Source: Parasitella parasitica NRRL 2501 (taxonomy: Eukaryota; Fungi; Mucoromycota). From it: 55,778 bases of DNA. A program made the translations under genes and the position numbers. The stretch spans positions 1-55,778 of the forward strand of contig MU619328.1 in NCBI GenBank assembly GCA_025201805.1, written 5' to 3'. How positions within the stretch are numbered: position 1 is the first letter of the stretch; every line of letters starts with the position of its first letter. A model generated the notes under the pieces. That model saw only the letters and a program-made list of their open reading frames with translations, had not been told where the DNA came from and searched no databases. Shown here piece by piece: positions 52,451-55,778 of the stretch.

Positions 52451-53314
52451 CTATCTTTTCCTATTAGACCTTTCTCGATCGCGTTCACGATAACGCTTGT
52501 GGTGGCGACGGCTATCATTAGAAACAGATCTTCCACTATGATGCTGCTGTCTGCTATTTGTGATAGGAGATCTTGATCTATGTCTTTTAGAAGAAGTTTG
52601 ACGATAATGCGAAGCAGAGGGAGATCTTGATCGTTTTGATCTGTCTTCAGTGGTATGTTTTGTCCAGTTATTTGAGAACTTTTGATCGTGCGGTATCCGT
52701 ATATGGCTTGATTTGGGTTCCTTGAAAGGTCTATCTCTAGCTCCAAATCTCAGTTGGCCACTTTCTTTTTTGCCTCCAAACCCGCCACCTAATCTCCTTG
52801 GTATCCAACCCTTCATCACTCGACTTCTTTCAAAATCAACTAAAATCACACGGTTGTCTAATGTTGATTTGTTGGCATGTCTATAGGCACTTTTTGCGTC
52901 TTTTTCAGATACAAATGTCAGAAATGCGTAGCCCTGAGACAATCCCGTTACTAACAATAAAACTGAGCAGCTGAGATCCCATTGACAATCAATTTAATTA
53001 CCTCGGTTTTTTATGATCGACGCATGAGAAATGTCTCCATATTTCTCGAAATGTCTCTTCAATGCAGATTCCTCCGTATCAAAATTTAACCTGCCTACGA
53101 ACAGTGTACAATTTGGATCTGTTTTCAAATGATGTGGAGGGCGGTCTTTTAAGGAACGTAAAAATTTTCAGTGTTATTGTATCTGCATTGGCAAGAAGAG
53201 GAGTATCTTACATTGCGATTGAGATGCGTGGTCAATTGCAGAATCATGTGGTGCGACATCCGTACCATCAATAGATCCAGCTTGTATCGGATTATACTCC
53301 TTCAAGTACCACAT
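52451..53314 (-). CDS. SNRNP35: U11/U12 snRNP 35 kDa protein
   Basis: YNPIQAGSIDGTD..PHD N-terminus, RRM (TLFVGRL, SQGYAF), GWIPRRLGGGFGGKKESGQLRFGARDRPF, RS-rich tail; two introns. Confidence 0.95.
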
Positions 53315-53508
53315 ATTGCGCAGTCAAAAGATCAACCCTTTTGGTTAGAAATGTTGCATGTATTCAGCAAGAAAGAGCAAATAGTCTTACAAGCCACGGG
53401 AAAGACGTAAAGAATATTAAAGAAAACCAACCGCAGTTTCAATAAGGCTATACAATTTTTTCGTTTTAGGGCTTTCTTTTCCTTTCTTCCTCTCTAACTT
53501 CGTCCAAT

Positions 53509-54108
53509 ATGGTTAAAAACAAGGGAAAAGTAGGACGATTCTCAACAGATGACGATTTGGAGATATTAAACTCGGTAATTTTCATTGTTTAGGGTGGTAA
53601 ATCCAGAAGAAGAGGAAAGAACGAAACCGAAAATGACAAGCGTGAACTTGTCTTTAAAGAAGAAGGCCAAGGTTGGGCAGAAACTTTTTGAATTTGCAGA
53701 TTTTTTTTTTGTTTACATTGTATATCTAGAATATGCGCAAGTTCTTAAAATGCTGGGTAATGGTCGGGTTGAAGCACAATGTTTCGATGGTGTTAAACGT
53801 CTAGCACTCATTCGTGGTAAATTGCGTAAAAAGGTTTGGATTAACCAGGGTGATATCGTTTTATTATCTTTGCGTGATTTCCAAGACGAAAAAGCTGATG
53901 TTATTCAGCGCTACAATCCTGATGAAGCTAGACAATTGAAATCTTATGGAGAATTGCCTGATAACGCCAAGATTAATGAAACTGACAATAACTTTGGCGG
54001 TGAAGAAGATGATGAAGTGGAATTCGATTTTGATATTGATGATGTAAGTTTATACTGAGCTTCTAGGTAATATTATAGCTTGCTAACATTACTCTATATT
54101 AGATTTAA
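53509..54108 (+). CDS. TIF11: Translation initiation factor eIF1A
   Basis: [49 protein letters not shown], acidic tail; three introns. Confidence 0.98.
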
Positions 54109-54257
54109 ACTTTATATCTTTTTTTTTCCTCATTCATTACTCTTTCTTTTTTTTTTACGAGCATTTCTTGGTTACAGCAATGGGGAAGAGCCTATCCCCT
54201 CCTTTATTAGAATTTTTTTTACAAAAAATAAAAAAAATTATATACGTACATCAGCCA

Positions 54258-55018
54258 TCACTTCAATTTGCTTTTGACACGAATAGCATGGCTTAAATAT
54301 CGATAGCTTTGATTCACCAAAGACGAAGGCACCTATGTCAATTTTGTTAGCCACAACAGTTAGGAAACAATATCATCTATACTTGCTAGAAGCCAAGGAC
54401 TATTCAATCCAAGAAAGTAGATGTAGAAATACACAGGGCTAGATACGCAATGCTTGGCTTCGGGTAGATCCATGATGAAATAAAGAGAGCATGAAAACAG
54501 GTGGCATAAGGATGCAATCAATTGAAAAATGTATTGCTTGGGAGAATTGCGCAGAATGTAATAAGCTGATACTAAACAGAGTGGGCCCCAGATGAACTAA
54601 ATAAGGCTCATTAAAACATGTAATTCAGCGCTTGGATGTGTTTTACAATTGTCATTATCTCCAAGGTCAGCAATAACTCATCATTTGTTAGATACCGAGA
54701 ATCTCCATGAGCGTACTCTTTCCATAACTGAGCCAAAATATCATTTTGGCCAGCTATTGTAGTTCTATTCCTCAGCCAGTAACCTTCAAAACCACAATGC
54801 ATCAAACCACAAGTTGCAAACCAAATAAACTTAAGCGTGGATGTTGTAGTATTTTTGGAGATTGATGAACAACGAAAAATTACATACAATAATCCAACAA
54901 TCATGGTCATGATACTGCTGGCAATAAGCAGTAATTCCGACGTGCTTTTCTCGTTTGGTACGTAATTCGGAATAGTCAACTCAGATGGTGCATAAGGATG
55001 ATTGACCAGCTTGTCCAT
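54258..55018 (-). CDS. EBP: Emopamil-binding protein family (sterol delta8-delta7 isomerase-like, EXPERA)
   Basis: HPYAP, WFATCGLMHCGFEGY, QLWKEYAHGDSRY, WGPLC, NSPWLLVP; KSKLK ER-retrieval end; second intron GC-AG. Confidence 0.9.
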
Positions 55019-55395
55019 CACGTAGAATATGCCGTTAATATTTCTTTATGGAAAACTTCATCAGCTACTGAAAAGTACAGAAACGATGGCCAAGCTCACA
55101 ATAACGTGACTACCTTGCTGTATTTGACGAACATTGTCGCAACCTCCTGCAACAAGGTGCTTTAATACACAAAAAAAACCTGCAACAAGTTGCATAATAC
55201 AACACTATTCACTCGTCATATGATATATTGAACTGTTCAGTGATTTAGTAATGCATCTAGCCAAGAAAGACAGACATGTGAAAAAACATATCTCGAGTTA
55301 TTTCACATCAAAGTTCAATGACAACAAGAAGAATATTCACTTGTTGTATATCATTAAATTGAGTCTTCATAATTTCTGTTAAAATGACCGTAGAG

Positions 55396-55626
55396 CCGAG
55401 ATCTAACTTGAAAAACATAGCGTTCACTCACCACTATCTGACTAAAACGTTTGCATTGATATTTTTATTGATATCTACAAAGTTATCAGACAATACTATA
55501 AATTTACATATCGAAACTGCAAATATTCGCTGATAGGCTGCGATAAAGAGCAAATCAAAGCTTGTCTTTTATGCGCCATTAAATCAGGCATGATCATCGC
55601 CATCTGAGCATAACTTGGTTTCGACT
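55396..55626 (+). repeat. Dispersed repeat, copy 2 (similar to 1..229)
   Basis: Direct colinear similarity to window start; similarity stops shortly before the GTCC-rich array. Confidence 0.9.
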
Positions 55627-55650
55627 TCTACCTATGATACTGTAACTTTT

Positions 55651-55778
55651 AAGGTGTCCGCCCAAGCTGTTTGTCCGTCCATTTAGGCTGTCGGTCCGTC
55701 CAAAATGATAAAAAACCTATAATGGGTCCGTCCAAATTATAAAAAAACCTATAATGGGTCCGTCCAAATATAAAAAAC
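55651..55778. repeat. 32-bp tandem array (ggtccgtccaaa...aaaaacctataat), probable transposon subterminal region
   Basis: Units start at 55693, 55725 and 55757; extra gtccg(c/t)cc cores near 55655 and 55673; runs off the window end. Confidence 0.85.

Noticed and set aside
55693-55778. Repeat array as CRISPR or telomere
   Set aside because: Eukaryotic context, no unique spacers, no cas genes; unit is not a short G-rich telomeric repeat.

Overview
Eukaryotic, intron-rich fungal DNA, most consistent with a Mucorales (Rhizopus-like) genome (inferred from short introns, the GAPDH and 28S sequence style, and a minor-spliceosome protein gene). About 19 protein-coding genes are supportable: a myosin-motor chitin synthase, VNX1-type antiporter, STIMATE/YPL162C-like protein, alpha/beta hydrolase, SIKE-like coiled-coil protein, a degenerate caleosin fused to a motif-repeat disordered region, sugar porter, divergent YDJ1 paralog, GAPDH, two paralogous small zinc-finger proteins, SNF12/BAF60, YIP1, translin, an MHYT membrane sensor, NUP85, SNRNP35, eIF1A and EBP. 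Mobile DNA includes Ty3/gypsy integrase-chromodomain remains with two LTR copies (one a TSD-flanked solo LTR), a LINE 3' fragment, a Tc1/mariner fragment, a 301-bp MITE, a repeat shared by both window ends and a 32-bp tandem array. Most notable: the MHYT sensor with an unrecognised output tail, a caleosin pseudo-enzyme, a YIP1-SNF12 pair only 43 bp apart (possible dicistron), a 28S rRNA fragment inserted in a decayed nuclease-like gene, and a GC-AG intron in EBP. Exon boundaries were read by eye and family calls come from recalled motifs, not database searches.
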